DNA of 64,000 nt from Octopus bimaculoides (taxonomy: Eukaryota), in assembly GCF_001194135.2 (NCBI RefSeq), contig NC_068985.1, positions 17,734,224-17,798,223 on the forward strand, in the 5' to 3' direction. The position numbers were made by a program, and so were the translations under genes. Below, piece by piece: positions 12,365 to 25,209 of the stretch (position 1 is the stretch's first letter; each line of letters starts with the position of its first letter). Under the pieces are notes generated by a model. That model did not search any database and was not told the DNA's origin. It worked only from the letters and a program-made list of their open reading frames with translations.

Positions 12365-12575
12365 TTTCAGTACCGCCTGACTGGCCCTCGTGCCGGTGGC
12401 ACGTAAAAGCACCCACTACACTCTCGGAGTGGTTGACGTTAGGAAGGGCATCCAGCTGTAGAAACTCTGCCAGATAAGACTGGAGCTTGGTGCAGCCTGC
12501 TGGCTTGCCAGTCCTCAGTCAAATCGTCCAACCCATGCTAGCATGGAAAGCAGACATTAAACGATGATGATGATA
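12365..12575 (+). mobile_element. SINE family C, 5'-truncated
   Basis: cagtaccgcctgactggccc...gcagacattaaacgatgatgatg. Confidence 0.85.
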
Positions 12576-12656
12576 TATTATATACATACATATACACACA
12601 CACACACACAAGAGTGGACAAATGAAAGAAGGACACAACACATTTATTGGGAGTTA

Positions 12657-13161
12657 CATATATGGATCAAAACAACTTGATTTAAATTTGTTGGTACTCA
12701 GAGTTCCAAGTATGATGCTAATCTTCAGCTATATTGAATTTGAATGAGAGAAGTTGATTGTTATTACCATAAGGTGGGCTGCGATTGGTCGAAGAATGTT
12801 ATGCGGTGTTGTGGTTTGATGTTCGTATACCAGCAACAACAGTTATTTGGAGGTATCTGGATATTCCTCAGTGAATATGGTAGTGGTTGTCTCTCCATTA
12901 GCGAATGTCTGACCAACAGTTTGCAGTGGAGAGACAGCCACTACCGTACTCACTGAGGAATATCCACATACCTCTAAGTAACTATTGTCACTGATATATC
13001 AACATCAGACTGTAATGCCGCGTGACCTTCCTCAACCAATCACAGCCCACCTAATAGTTAATAACAATCAATTTCTCTCATTAAAATTCAAAATGGCTGA
13101 AGATTAGCATCACGCTTGAAACTTGGAGTACCAATGAATTTGAATCAAACTGTTTTGATCC

Positions 13162-13170
<9 letters not shown>
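12657..13170. repeat. About 510-bp palindrome with a hammerhead motif in each arm
   Basis: Arms of about 250 bp centred near 12912; ends catatatggatcaaaaca / tgttttgatccatatat; HHR motifs at 12692-12731 (-) and 13094-13133 (+). Confidence 0.9.
13094..13133 (+). ncRNA. Type-I minimal hammerhead ribozyme motif (partly decayed)
   Basis: TGG-CTGAAGA-T-TAGC-atcac-GCTT-GAAAC-TTGGA-GT-A/CCA. Confidence 0.7.
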
Positions 13171-13196
<26 letters not shown>

Positions 13197-13271
13197 GATT
13201 TCAACTATATGGTTTCAGGATTAGTCTCATAGTGTGACACTGGCACTTTGGGCAAATGTCTTCCACTATAA

Positions 13272-13430
13272 GGTACAGGCATGGCTGTGTGGTAAGAAGC
13301 TTGTTTCTTCACCACATGGTTCTGGGTTCAGTCCTACTGTGTGACACCCTGGGCAAGTATCACCGACTAGAACCTTAGGCTGACCAAACCCTTGTGAGTA
13401 ATTTGGTAGATGGAAACTGCAAGAAGCCTG

Positions 13431-13472
<42 letters not shown>

Positions 13473-13677
13473 TTAACCACTGCTTGAAAACCGGTGTTGG
13501 TGTATTTATGTCCCCATATTTTACCAGTTCAGCAAGAGATCAATAGAATTAGTACTAAGCTTAAAAAAACAGAAAAAAAAAAAAGTCCTGGGGTCAAATT
13601 GTTCGACTAAAACCCTTCAAGGCAGTGCCACAGCATGGCTGCAGTCAAATGACGGAAACAAGTAAAAGATAAAAGAA
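13272..13677 (+). mobile_element. SINE family A, full-length, diverged
   Basis: ggcatggctgtgtggtaagaag head, (GT)n centre, gcagtcaaatgacggaaacaagtaaaaga tail. Confidence 0.85.
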
Positions 13678-13865
13678 TCAGCCCTGGGCTAACCAAAGCC
13701 TTCTGAGGGGATTTGGTAGAAGGAAGCTTAAAGAAGCCAGTCATGTATGTGTGTAAGTATATATCATGTAATCGACCACATTGATGGGTGTTTTACATCA
13801 CTGGTCACACTTTGCTTTGTTTTAGCTTTTGAATGATTCCACCCTACTGGCAAGACAAGCAGATC

Positions 13866-13866
13866 A

Positions 13867-13912
<46 letters not shown>

Positions 13913-14130
13913 GAATACACATACACACATATACACATACATGAATATATTTTTATATATGTATACATACACACACACACATATATGCATACATAAATGT
14001 ATTTTTATATATGTACACACACACATATATATGCATACATAAATATATTTTTATAAACGTATACACACACATACATATATGCATACATAAATATATTTTT
14101 ATATATGTATGCACACACACACACACATGT
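13866..14130. repeat. (TA)n plus a tandem AT/CA minisatellite (unit about 45-50 bp)
   Basis: Repeated aaatatatttttatatatgtatacacacacacatatatatgcatacat. Confidence 0.85.
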
Positions 14131-15584
14131 ACATATTTAAAGGTAAATGGGGCAGATAAAATCCAGACACTCAAAAATTAGGAAACAGAGCAGATGTGTG
14201 TGTGTGTGTGTGTGCATGTGTGTGCGTGTGCGTGTGTGTGCGTGTGTGTGTGTGCGTGTGTGTGTGCATGCACATAAGTGTCTCCTTATCTTGACGTTGC
14301 TTGATAGTTGGATAGTTGTATATGAGTGTCATGATCATACAAGCAGTGTCCACTTCCAATATTTCATGAAAACAAGTCTGACCAAAGGGAAATATTACCT
14401 CATTTGGAAACAAATGAGATTTAGCAACAGGAAGGGCATCTGACTAAAAAATCTGCCTCAACAAATTCCACCTGGCCTATACAAGCATGGAAAAGAGGAT
14501 GTTAAAACGACGATCTTGATGTTTATATTTGTGTTATGCTAGGAAATACAGAAAATGGTTTCCTCTCGGCTTTCTACAGGGAATATGCTAACTACTATAT
14601 GTTTTCTATATTTATAAATGTAATGGCAGCTCATTCTACTTTCATTTTTTAGTGATTGTGTTGAGGGTAGTCTAGCTTTTCTGTTGTATGTTTTGGTGCA
14701 GTTACCTAACATGAGTTTAAGGTGTGTGACAGTATCTAGTTTGTATATAGATTTATCTTTTGTTGGCAAGTGCGCATGAATATTGAGGAAGTATTTGAAA
14801 GGTTTTGTGTGGCTACTTAAGAGGTTTTAGAAGGAGCTGATTATTTTGCTTAAAAACAGTTATTAAGAATATCATTTCAGGAATTGAAGCTCTTCCCATC
14901 TTCAGCAAAGATGACAATTTCTGCAGTTACCATGTTCATAACTATACACAAAAGCAAGAATAAACCAGGTTATATTAAAGGTACATTCAATAGTTTCTCT
15001 CAATTTCCAAATATCTCAAAAGCACACATCGAAAATTTATTGTGCAAAATGACTAACAAATATCTGTGCAAGTAATGTCTCATCTTAAAGTTCACTTACT
15101 GTTGCTCTGATGTACAATCTTGGTTGAGAGTTTATCTTGGGGCAAAATACTAAAGGATTTAAGAAACTAACTGCAGAAATTCCTTATTTCTGTATATACA
15201 AACATTCAAGTTGAAAAGTGGATTATACCACAGAATTTTCCTAGTTTACATTGAAAGTTTAAAATTCAACTGTTAACACACAAACACACATCTTATTAAA
15301 ACAGAGAGTCTAATAAAATATTGTTTTATTCACGAACAAGAAGGGAACTGATGAACAAGAATAGAAGCAGTCTTTATATCACTATAGGCAGAGGAAATTG
15401 TGTTAAGTGCTGATGGTGATGCTGATAATGAGAAATAATGAAATGAAAATAAAGTCAAAGTAGAAGAGGAGATAAAACAATATATAAATAGAAAGATGGG
15501 ATTGGTATGATAATGGTTGTTGTGGCGGAAGTAAGAAAATTGGAGAAGATGAAGTATGTGTGATGATGAGGAGGAAGAGGATAG

Positions 15585-15619
<35 letters not shown>

Positions 15620-16958
15620 TATATATGCATGTATACATATGTATTATTGAGACATTACAAAATGTCATACATTTTGGTCAAGTTTTTTCTACTGCAGCCT
15701 TGGACTGACCAATGTCTTGCAAATGAAATTGATAGGCAGAAACTGTACAGAAGCCCATCATGTGTGTGTGTGTGTGTGAATATTTACATTCCTCAGTTCA
15801 TTTGAAAAGTATTGAACTATAGATGGTGAAGTTTTGTTGACACTTCCTGGCCACAAACATCATCTAGTTCTGTGCTTTTGAAGACATCATCATCATCATT
15901 TAATGTTCATTTCCATGCTGGCATAAGTTGGTTGGTTTAACAAGATCTGGGAAGCTGCAAGGCCACATCCAGCTCTAATTGCTTGCTTTGGTATGGTTTC
16001 TATGGCTGGATGCCCTTCTTAACACCAACCACTTTAAAGAGTGTAATGGGCACTTCTTTTGTAACACTGGCACTTTGACCTACATGCACACTGACATTGC
16101 ACATCTAACAGATATTTCATCTGCTTGTTATAACCTTTAGATGCAATAAGAATATGAGAACTATTAACCACTATCTCCAATCCCAATAAAAATTCCTACA
16201 AGAGAAGTAAACCTTGTTCATTGTGCAACAACATGAGTCAAGTTAATTCCATCACAAATTATAGCAGGAATGTTATGATTTATACAGATAGTGAGACCAG
16301 TAAAGATTCCCATTTCATGTACACAACAGAATGCAAACACAACTTGATTTATGTAGGTTGCACAACAGAAAATTAAAAGATTCAATGGGAATAGGTGTGA
16401 CATGAAGTACAATAACTGTAGTTTGACAGAACTTGAACATTTTAAATCAAACAGCAGTAAATTTAGAGGAATACCTGAAAGTACACACTCTCAGAAAATA
16501 TTTTGAATACACTCAGTTCTCAAAACATGCGAGGATAAATATATTTGTGAATCACTAATGTCACACCTGGAAGAATTAACAAAATGACAGAATTCCATCA
16601 CATTTACACAAAACGTTTTGACTAATTGTTCTCTTTCCTGCTTTTTTCTTTCTCTAGTTAAGAAAAAGCAAAAATTGATGACAGTTTTATTTAGAAAGGA
16701 ATGCAAGATATTCCAGTCCAAATTTAGAATTTCTGTGTATTTTTCATTTTGAGTTTAAGGAAGACAGACACACTGTTGAAATGTTCAATTCAATAAAAAG
16801 AGTCGAACTTTATTATAAATCATATTCTGCTCTTCTTATTGTGTATTTACCACCGTGAAGAGTCACAAATCTTCATAAACCAATAATAATAATGATGAGA
16901 GTGGGGACATGATAGGAATAGTGAATATGACACAGAAACAATATATATATATATATAT

Positions 16959-17123
16959 GGAGTGGCTGTCTGGTAAGTAGCTTGCTTACGAACTACATGG
17001 TTCCGGGTTCAGTCCCACTGCGTGGCACCTTGGGCAAGTGTCTTCTACTATAGCCTCAGGCCGGCCAAAGTCTTGTGAGTGGATTTGGTAGATGGAAACT
17101 TAAAGAAGCCCGTCGCATATATG

Positions 17124-17154
<31 letters not shown>

Positions 17155-17395
17155 ATATGTTTGTGTGTCTGTGTTTGTCCCACATCACTTGACAACCGAT
17201 GCCTGACAACCGATGCTTGACAACCAATGCTGGTGTGTTTAAGTCCCCGTAACTTAGCGGTTCCGCAAAAGAGACCGATAGAATAAGTACTAGGCTTACA
17301 AAGAATAAGTCCTGGGGTCGACTTGCTCGACTAAAGGTGGTGCTCCAGCATGGCCACAGTCAAATGACTGAAACAAGTAAAAGAGTAAAAGAGAG
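16959..17395 (+). mobile_element. SINE family A, young full-length copy in (TA)n
   Basis: ggagtggctgtctggtaagtag head, gggttcagtccc B-box-like, triplicated gacaaccgatgc at 17191-17232, (AGTAAAAG)n tail. Confidence 0.92.
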
Positions 17396-17689
17396 AGTAT
17401 ATATATATGTTAGTATTCAGTCAATTCGAGGATGTCATTCTCATAAGAGATTAATATGTTAAAAAATTTCACTGGTTTAATCCACAACTCTTTTGAGGGA
17501 AGTCTTGACGATATGTATGGGATTATTATAAGTATTATTCAATAAAAGTTGAGAAAATGGAAAGCTGGTAAAGATGTAAATTAATCTATTAACATAGTTC
17601 CAAGGTAAAAACTGATTACAAATAAAAAAAATAAAAAAAACCTGTCAAAAACAATATATTGTGTGTATATATACATATACACACATTGC

Positions 17690-17995
17690 ATGGCACCTTG
17701 GGCAAGTGTTTTCTACTACAGCCTCAGGTCGACAAAAGCCTTGAGTGAATTTGGTAGATGGAAACTGAAAGAAGCCTGCGATGTGTATATTTGTGTGCAT
17801 CCCCCACTATTACTTGACGACTGGAGTTGGTGTGTTTACATCCTTGAAACTTGGCAGTTCAGCAAAAGAGACTGATAGAATAAGTGCTAGGCTTTAAAAG
17901 AAATTATGTCCTCCAGTCGATTTGTCTGACTAAAATCCTTTAAAGCAGTGCTCCAGCATGGCCAGTCTAATGACTAAAACAAGTAAAAGATAAAT
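17690..17995 (+). mobile_element. SINE family A, 5'-truncated and diverged
   Basis: ggcaccttgggcaagtg...aaacaagtaaaagata. Confidence 0.8.
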
Positions 17996-18521
17996 ACATA
18001 TACACACCCAATATATAATAGCTGTGTTAATATAATAATGTAGTAGATACCTAATTAAAATGACATGTTAAAGGAAATTAGAAGTAGTGATAAGCTTTCT
18101 TGATTGAAGTGTTTTCCAAATTTGGAATGGGTAACAGAAGTAAAAGAAAACACGTGGAAGAAGTTCATAGGTAGAAATATAAGTAAATATACAAAAGAAT
18201 TACATGAGAAAGTTAATAATACATAAATGATAAATGCGTGATAGATAAATGATAATTAGATAAACAATCATGCTAGCCATGTGGTGGGAGTAAATGTAGA
18301 TAGGTGAGTTATATATAGATAGATGAAAGTGCAATGGTAGGAAAATTAATATATAAAGGTATATATCTGAGGTGTAAAATAAAATTGCAGAATAAGGTGA
18401 AGATTGCAGGTTGTTACTTTAAAGAAAATGGTTAAAATCTTTAATTGGGGTGGTCAGTATGTTTGTTGGATGCTACTGTGTTGAATGAATCAAAGTGATG
18501 GCCAGATTGAAACAAACTAAT

Positions 18522-18930
18522 CATCATCATCGTCGTTTAATGTCTGCTTTCCATGCTGGCATGGGTTGGATGGTTTGACTGATGGCTGGCAAACCAGAAG
18601 GCTGCACCAGGCTCCAATCTGATCTGGCAGAGTTTCTATAGCTGGATGCGTTTTCTAATGTCAACCACTCTGAGAGTGTAGCGGGTGCATTTTATGTGCC
18701 ACCGGCACGGGAGCCAGTCAGGCAGCACTGGCATGGGACCAGCAGGCGGCACTGAGTCAAGTGACGTCATTGTCATTGCTGAGGACAGTACCGCCTGATT
18801 GGTACCCTGCTGGTGGAATGTAAAAAGCACCATTCGAGTGTGGTTGAGTGCTTTTTACGTTCCACCGGCATGGGTACCAATCAGGTGGTACTGTCCTCGG
18901 TAATGACAATGACGTCACTTGACTCAACAG
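18522..18930 (-). mobile_element. SINE family C ending in an inverted duplication
   Basis: Family C tail at 18522-18700; palindrome with arms 18753-18830 and 18848-18926. Confidence 0.85.
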
Positions 18931-20194
18931 GTTTTCACAAGAACACAAATTACATACAACAAAGTAAGGTTATACTGAGGTCAAGTTAGTATATCTTGAA
19001 AATGAATTCAAGTTTTAAAAAATTTGCATTTGCATGAAATTCATGAAGAGTATTTATCAATTTTACATTTGGCAAAGAGTATTTCCAAGCTCTTGAACAT
19101 ACAAAGACTAGATGGTCAATTGTTTCTAGTATAGGATTTTGATCTGGATAAAATGTTCCATTTTAGATTATAAGATAAATTTATATTTTTTCAGTTCCCA
19201 GATGAAGCAAAATAATGAGATATCATTACTTTGATTTCGGTTTCTAAAAGTAAGGGCATGTTCGTTAAAGTAGTATTTAAAAGGACCGAAAGGGAGACTA
19301 ATATATGTGCTGAAGGAATTGTTAGTTTGCACAGTAGATTTGTAAACAATGTCACTATTTATGCTTTTGGAATCAAAGAGTCAAGCATTGAGGTTTTGCG
19401 TTAAAAATATTCTATGATATTTTTGCTGTAGAAGTAAGTTTTCTCCAAGAAATTTAGAGAAAGATTTAACTACAGGGGTTACAAATGCAAAGTTGTATGG
19501 AGGATTATATAGAGAAATGTTTCTTTTTCTCAAAAGAGGTTTTGATTTGTATTGACATACTGTCTTGCAATCTGGAATATATATAAACTGAACTTCTAGT
19601 CACAGAACAGTGAATTCCCTATTTCCAATTTCTACCTATCATCTAACTTCTGTTCTAACTACCAAATACTGGTTCTTGCTCTCACCGTTCTTCCGACCTT
19701 TCCAAATCCATTTCTTATCTTTTATGCCTCTATCTACTGTATCATTCCACAGATCTGGTCTGTGACTCACAATGGGGTCTTGTAGCAACTCCCAGTTGAG
19801 CTTGTGCAATATCAACTAGTATTTCTTTGAGCTAACACCTTGCTGAAGGATCTTTTAGGTCTTATATCTTCCTTCATGAAACTGAGTTGTCTCTGATTCT
19901 GTCTAGCTCTCAGCCTGTTCACTAGTCTTTATTAAATGGTATATTGTTCACTGATGAAGAACACAAAATCCACAACCATTGCCTATCCCATTTTTGGTAT
20001 ATAAACTAGTAATCTACATACATATGTACATATTATTGGTATGACACCATTCTGTATTACACAATGTTATTCTAAAATAATGCTTTAATTAGAAATTACT
20101 GTTACTTCTTACTAAGTAAAACGAATCTTTGCACACAAATATTTTCTACATTATTTACATTTGACGGATATTTGACCTCATCTTGTTTGTTGTT

Positions 20195-20240
20195 AACACA
20201 ACTTTTCAGCTGATATACTCTCCAGCCTTCATCAGGTGTC
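20195..20240 (-). ncRNA. Type-I minimal hammerhead motif
   Basis: GACAC-CTGATGA-A-GGCTG-gagagtatat-CAGCT-GAAAA-GTT/GTGTT. Confidence 0.7.
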
Positions 20241-20441
20241 TTGGGGAAATTTTGAACCTGGGTTCTCATTCCTAAGGTATTTTTCTATGTTATTATTATT
20301 ATTCAGGTCACTGCTTGGAATCGAACTCGAAATCTTGGGGTTAGTACCCTGCGCTCTTAAACACTACGCCATATGCCCGTGCTACTAACCCCAAGATTCC
20401 GAGTTTGATTCCAAGCAGTGACTTGAATAATAATAATAATA

Positions 20442-20487
20442 GACACCTGATGAAGGTTGGAGGGTATATCAACCGAAACATTGTGTT
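20442..20487 (+). ncRNA. Type-I minimal hammerhead motif
   Basis: GACAC-CTGATGA-A-GGTTG-gagggtatat-CAACC-GAAAC-ATT/GTGTT. Confidence 0.75.
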
Positions 20488-21099
20488 AACAACAAACAAG
20501 ATGAGGACAATTGTTCATCAAATATAAATATTGTACATAATTCCTCATCTCTTAAATATAGAATTGAAATATTTTTCTACCTGATATATTGATTTTCAGG
20601 CTGTTTTTTTAATACATGCTCATATATTATACACACACACACAAACATATAACAGTTTTCACTAAAAACTGAAGTATTATGCTGTTTGTTTATCTCTTTG
20701 TATATCTTAGCGAGTTCAATTCAAGATTTTATTTGCTAGTATATCAGGTATCACATCCTTTGTATAATTTCCTCTAAACATGATCAGTGGTTTTTCAAAA
20801 CAAATATCATAAAATTTAACCCACCTCAGTTTCATACAATGACTACTCAAATTTCCTACAGAGCCAGTTTTTTATGTTCACACGTTCTTTGAAATTACAC
20901 TACAGTGGTGTAGTATAGTGTGCAGACCACACAGGATAGTAATTTTATATGTAATTTTTGCTGTAGTGTAAGGTATATTAAGGGGGCAACCATTTTGGAT
21001 ACAGTGCAGGGTGGCCAAAACCCACACAACACCACTTGATCAAGTAAATGATTTAATAGAACTAAACACCATTGTAAAATTGCTTAAACCTTATCTTTA

Positions 21100-21420
21100 T
21101 CATCATCATCATCATCATTAATGTCAGTTTTCTATGCTGGCATGGGTGGACAGTCTGACATAAGTTGGTAAGGCTGAGAGCCACACCAGGCTCCATTCTT
21201 TGTTTTGACATGGTTTCTACAGCTGGATGCCCTTCCTGACACCAATCACTTTACAGAGTGCACTGGGTACTCTTTACATGGCACCAGTACCAGTGCTTTT
21301 TATGTGGCACCAACAGCAGTGCTTTTTATGTGGCACCAGCTGCAGTGCTTTTTACATGGCAGTCCTCACCAACAGAGTCACCAAGCAACTTGCAAGACCA
21401 AGCTCCTTGACTGGGAACAG
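21100..21420 (-). mobile_element. SINE family C, diverged
   Basis: (CAT)n tail, ctggatgcccttcctgac, tandem gtgctttttatgtggcacc repeats. Confidence 0.8.
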
Positions 21421-21659
21421 GGTAGGGTAGTTTTATTGATTTTAAAGATAACCATTTCTGATAGCAACTAAAATATTTTTTTATAGTCTTAGCTAATACT
21501 TAAGTGTATAAATTTCATCTACTTTTAGTGTATTTCTCAGGATACTTGCATAAAAAATAAAGATTTTCTTAAATTATTAGCCACCTTTAGTTTCATCTAG
21601 AATTAATCTAAATTCATTTGATTTCCATAACATTGGAAATGAGCTCACTGTACTAATTG

Positions 21660-22030
21660 TTGAAAAAGTTACAAATATATGACAATAAAACAATTGGATA
21701 TGAAAAAAATCTCACTATACTGTTTGTTGTTACAGAGAGGCTTAAAACTTTAAATGAACAAACAAAGCCGAAAGGAATTATCCTATCCAGTGTTTTGTTC
21801 ATGTATGAACAAAAGTGATATGAAACTGTGGTTGGGGAAAGGTTGTCTGTTGAAAAAACCAAAATTACTAGTGTGGGATCAATACTCAGCTCACAAAACA
21901 GGATTAATAAAGGGAAATATCTTGAGCAATTAAAAATGAAAGCAAGCAGTCGCTGATGGGGGTTTAATGTTGCAGACACAACTTCTATAAGTTTCAATCA
22001 AGAAACCATTCAAATGGTTTAAGTAAAAAG
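21660..22030 (+). mobile_element. Decayed pogo/Tigger-family (DDE_1) transposase fragment
   Basis: IKTIGYEK; DMKLWLGKGCLLKKPKLLVWDQYSAHKTGLIKG; GGL...KKPFK remnants of the QPLDV..NKPFK motif. Confidence 0.75.
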
Positions 22031-23019
22031 AATGGAACAAGTGGGCAACTGCTGGGTATTTAGTAACCCCAACAGAATGACCAAAGAGGTCTACTATTGC
22101 ACAGGTATGTCAATGGTGGTGTTATCATGGGCAGAGCTGTGAGAGGAAATATAATAGCCAAGGTGTCAAAAATTGTGGAATCTATGATGGTATGGATAAC
22201 ATCAAAGACAAACTTCTACATAGAATAGCAGTCACCCAGGTAAAACTTGTGTTGGTAATAGTGATTGATATGTTAATAAACATCATATTTAATGAAGTAC
22301 AGAGTCACTAACATTTGCCAGACATGTATTTTCAGTACAAGATTAAAGCAGACGGGAGAAGAAACAGTTTTCTTTTTTCCATTGATACTTTCTCTCAAAT
22401 AAACAAACTCACTCTGAATATATGGGGTTGGGTATGCCCCAATAACTCCACAGAACATAGTAAAGATCAAATTTACCTAATCTACTCACAAGGCTTCAGA
22501 CAGCCTTGGGTTATAGCAGAAGACATTTGCTCAAGGTGCCATGCAATGGGAGTGAACTTGAAACCATTGCATTGGGAAGCAAACATCTTACCACACAATC
22601 ATACCTGCACTTATTGCCACATCTTGTACCCTCATTTTTTAGGGTCAATGCCTACAGCTTTTGCAGACCTTCCATACTGGTAACATCAATGTAGCTAATA
22701 TTTAATTTGAACTTCTGCAAGTTGGTGCTTACCAAGAAAGTGTGAATCAAGAGGAAATTTTGGTAGAGGAATGGGAGAAGTGTTTAGCTTAGAGTTTTGA
22801 ATGAGATGCAGAAGGAATAACTAGAAGACCAGAGGTTAGTGTATTGTGTATGAGTTCCAGGATGGTACACTCCTTGTTAGTTGAGAGGAACAGGAAGTGC
22901 TGTAATGGTGGTAGACAATACAATGAAAGTGGCTGACTTGGGGTTGTAGCAATTGAATCAACTGGATGGCTTTTGGGGGACGTTTGTGCACAGCAGCTGC
23001 ACCATTCCAGATATATCTT

Positions 23020-23345
23020 ATCTTTTACTTGTTTCAGTCACTTGACTGTGGCCATGCTGGAGCACCACCTTGAAAATTTTTTAGTCGAATGAATTGACTC
23101 CGGTATTTGTTTTTAAAGCATGGTACTTATTCCTATTGGCCTATTTTGCTGAACTGCTAAGTTACAGGGATACAAACACAGACACACATACAATGGGCTT
23201 CTTTCAATTTCCATCTACCAAACCCACTCACAAAGCTTTGGTCAGCTCAATGACATAGAAGATACTTGCCCAAGGTGCAACATGATGGGACTGATCCCGG
23301 AGCCATACAGTTCGGAAGAAAGCTTCTTACCACATGGCTACAGTA
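23020..23345 (-). mobile_element. SINE family A, diverged
   Basis: cttttacttgtttcagtcacttgactgtggcc...cttaccacatggc. Confidence 0.8.
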
Positions 23346-23943
23346 TTCTAATGTGGGCTACACATGTACATAGCAGTAGGTAAGCAGCTGTACAATATTG
23401 AAGTATTTTATGGCTCCAAAGGGGGAGTGCAGTCTCTGAGATATGGTTTGGCTGCGGTTTCCTTTATTTATATGTCAACATGAGAAGTCATTGGAAGTAT
23501 GAAAAAGATTGAGATACTCATGCAGAACAAAACAAGAGTCATTGGGGATGTAAGTTATCTAGATATCTGGTAAAAATTTCAATAGAGTGAATCAGTTGAT
23601 ACTACTTGACCTAACAATTAATGATCTAAAGGAAATTTGCCTGTTATTTCTAATTACCTTATTAAGCTTCCTGATTGGTTCAATGATTACATGGTAGAAT
23701 ACAGTGATAAGTAATTTTGCACTTGAACGATTATGCTTAACACTAATTAAACTTTACTCATACCCAATAGTAATTATTTGAATTATTTCCTATCTGTAAC
23801 TTGTTACCATAATTTTGCTGCAATACAATCTTTGTTCCAATTAATTTTAAAGAGTAAGAAAACAGACATTGTTAATTTGGTGTTTGGATCATAAATTAAA
23901 ATATTTAGTTCAGTATAATCATTTCTTCTAGATTAGTAATACT

Positions 23944-24312
23944 CTTTTACTTGTTTCAGTAATTTGACTGCGGCCATGCTGGAGCACCGCCTTTAGTCGA
24001 GCAAATCAACCCCAGGACTTATTCTTTGTAAGCCTAGTACTTATTCTATTGTTCTCTTTTGCCGAACCGCTAAGTTACGATCACATCGGTTGTCAAGCGA
24101 TGCTGGGGGGACAAACACTCACACATATATATATATATATATATATACATATATATGATGGGCTTCTTTCAGTTTCCGTCTACCAAATCCACTCACAAGG
24201 CTTTGGTTGGTCCAAGGCTATAGTAGAAGACACTTGCCCAAGGTGCCACACAGTGGTACTGAACCCAGAACCATATGGTTCGTAAGCAAGCTACTTACCA
24301 CACAGCCACTCC
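23944..24312 (-). mobile_element. SINE family A, full-length
   Basis: Both ends present, CpGs largely retained. Confidence 0.9.
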
Positions 24313-24371
24313 TACGCCTAATAGTTAATACATGTGGAAAGAAATTACACAAAATGTATTTATTACAATAG

Positions 24372-24780
24372 GTGCAGGCATGGTTGTGTGGTTAAGAAGT
24401 TTGCTTTCTAACTGTGGTTTTGGGTTCAGTCCTACAGTGTGGCAACCTGAGCAAGTGTCTTCTGCTATAGCTCCAGGTTGACTAAAGCCTCAAGAGTGGA
24501 TTTGGTAGGTGGAAACTGCAAAAAAGCCTGTTGTATTAATGTGTATGCATGTATGTTTGTGTGTACCCATGCCTTGACATCAAAAGATGGTTGTTAACAA
24601 GCAGGCAGTTTGTTTCTAGTCTTCCATGAAAAACGTATCTGGCCATAGGAAATATTACCTTATTTGGAAATAGGTGAGGGTTGACAAAAAGAAGGACACC
24701 TGGCTGTAGAATATCTGCTTCCAAATTTTCTGTCTGACTCATGCAAGCATACAAAAGTGTGTATTAAATGGTGATGGTTT
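24372..24780 (+). mobile_element. SINE with a family A head and a family C-like tail
   Basis: ggcatggttgtgtggttaagaag head then gaaatattaccttatttggaaa...ctggctgtagaa...; similar tail at 14385-14520. Confidence 0.65.
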
Positions 24781-25209
24781 ATTACAAAGATTATTTTTAT
24801 ATGAAATGGATCAAGTCTTTGTTGTCAGTGCTTAAGATATATTTAAATTGTGGGAAATTACTTTGTATATATTTATAACTAAACATATTTTTAGATAAAA
24901 TAAGTTTAGTCTTGTTCTCACCGCTTAAAATGTATCTAATTTGTGAGTAGTACAACAAAACACTTATACTATAATAAATACTAATTTATGTATTTTATAT
25001 ATCAGGATATTGTGAACAATTGGGCCATTAGTTACATGTTTCAAACTTGTCAATCACTGCATTTATAATACAAGAGTGACAAAGAATCATTGTGCAAATT
25101 AAACAGACCAAACACCATGGGGCATTTTTAATTGAAAGTGCTGCTTTATTAGTCTTCTCTCTCACATTGCTGAAAGATATACACATACATTATATATATA
25201 TATATATAT

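Larger units (their letters stand above)
20150..20540. mobile_element. Inverted dimer of a tRNA-headed, hammerhead-bearing element
   Basis: Inner arms 20290-20346 / 20383-20440; outer arms 20150-20240 / 20442-20535; tRNA-like head 20378-20306 (-). Confidence 0.85.

Noticed and set aside
20306-20378. Possible functional tRNA-Ser(ACT) gene
   Set aside because: Poor acceptor-stem pairing and embedding in a repeat palindrome; treated as a SINE-type head
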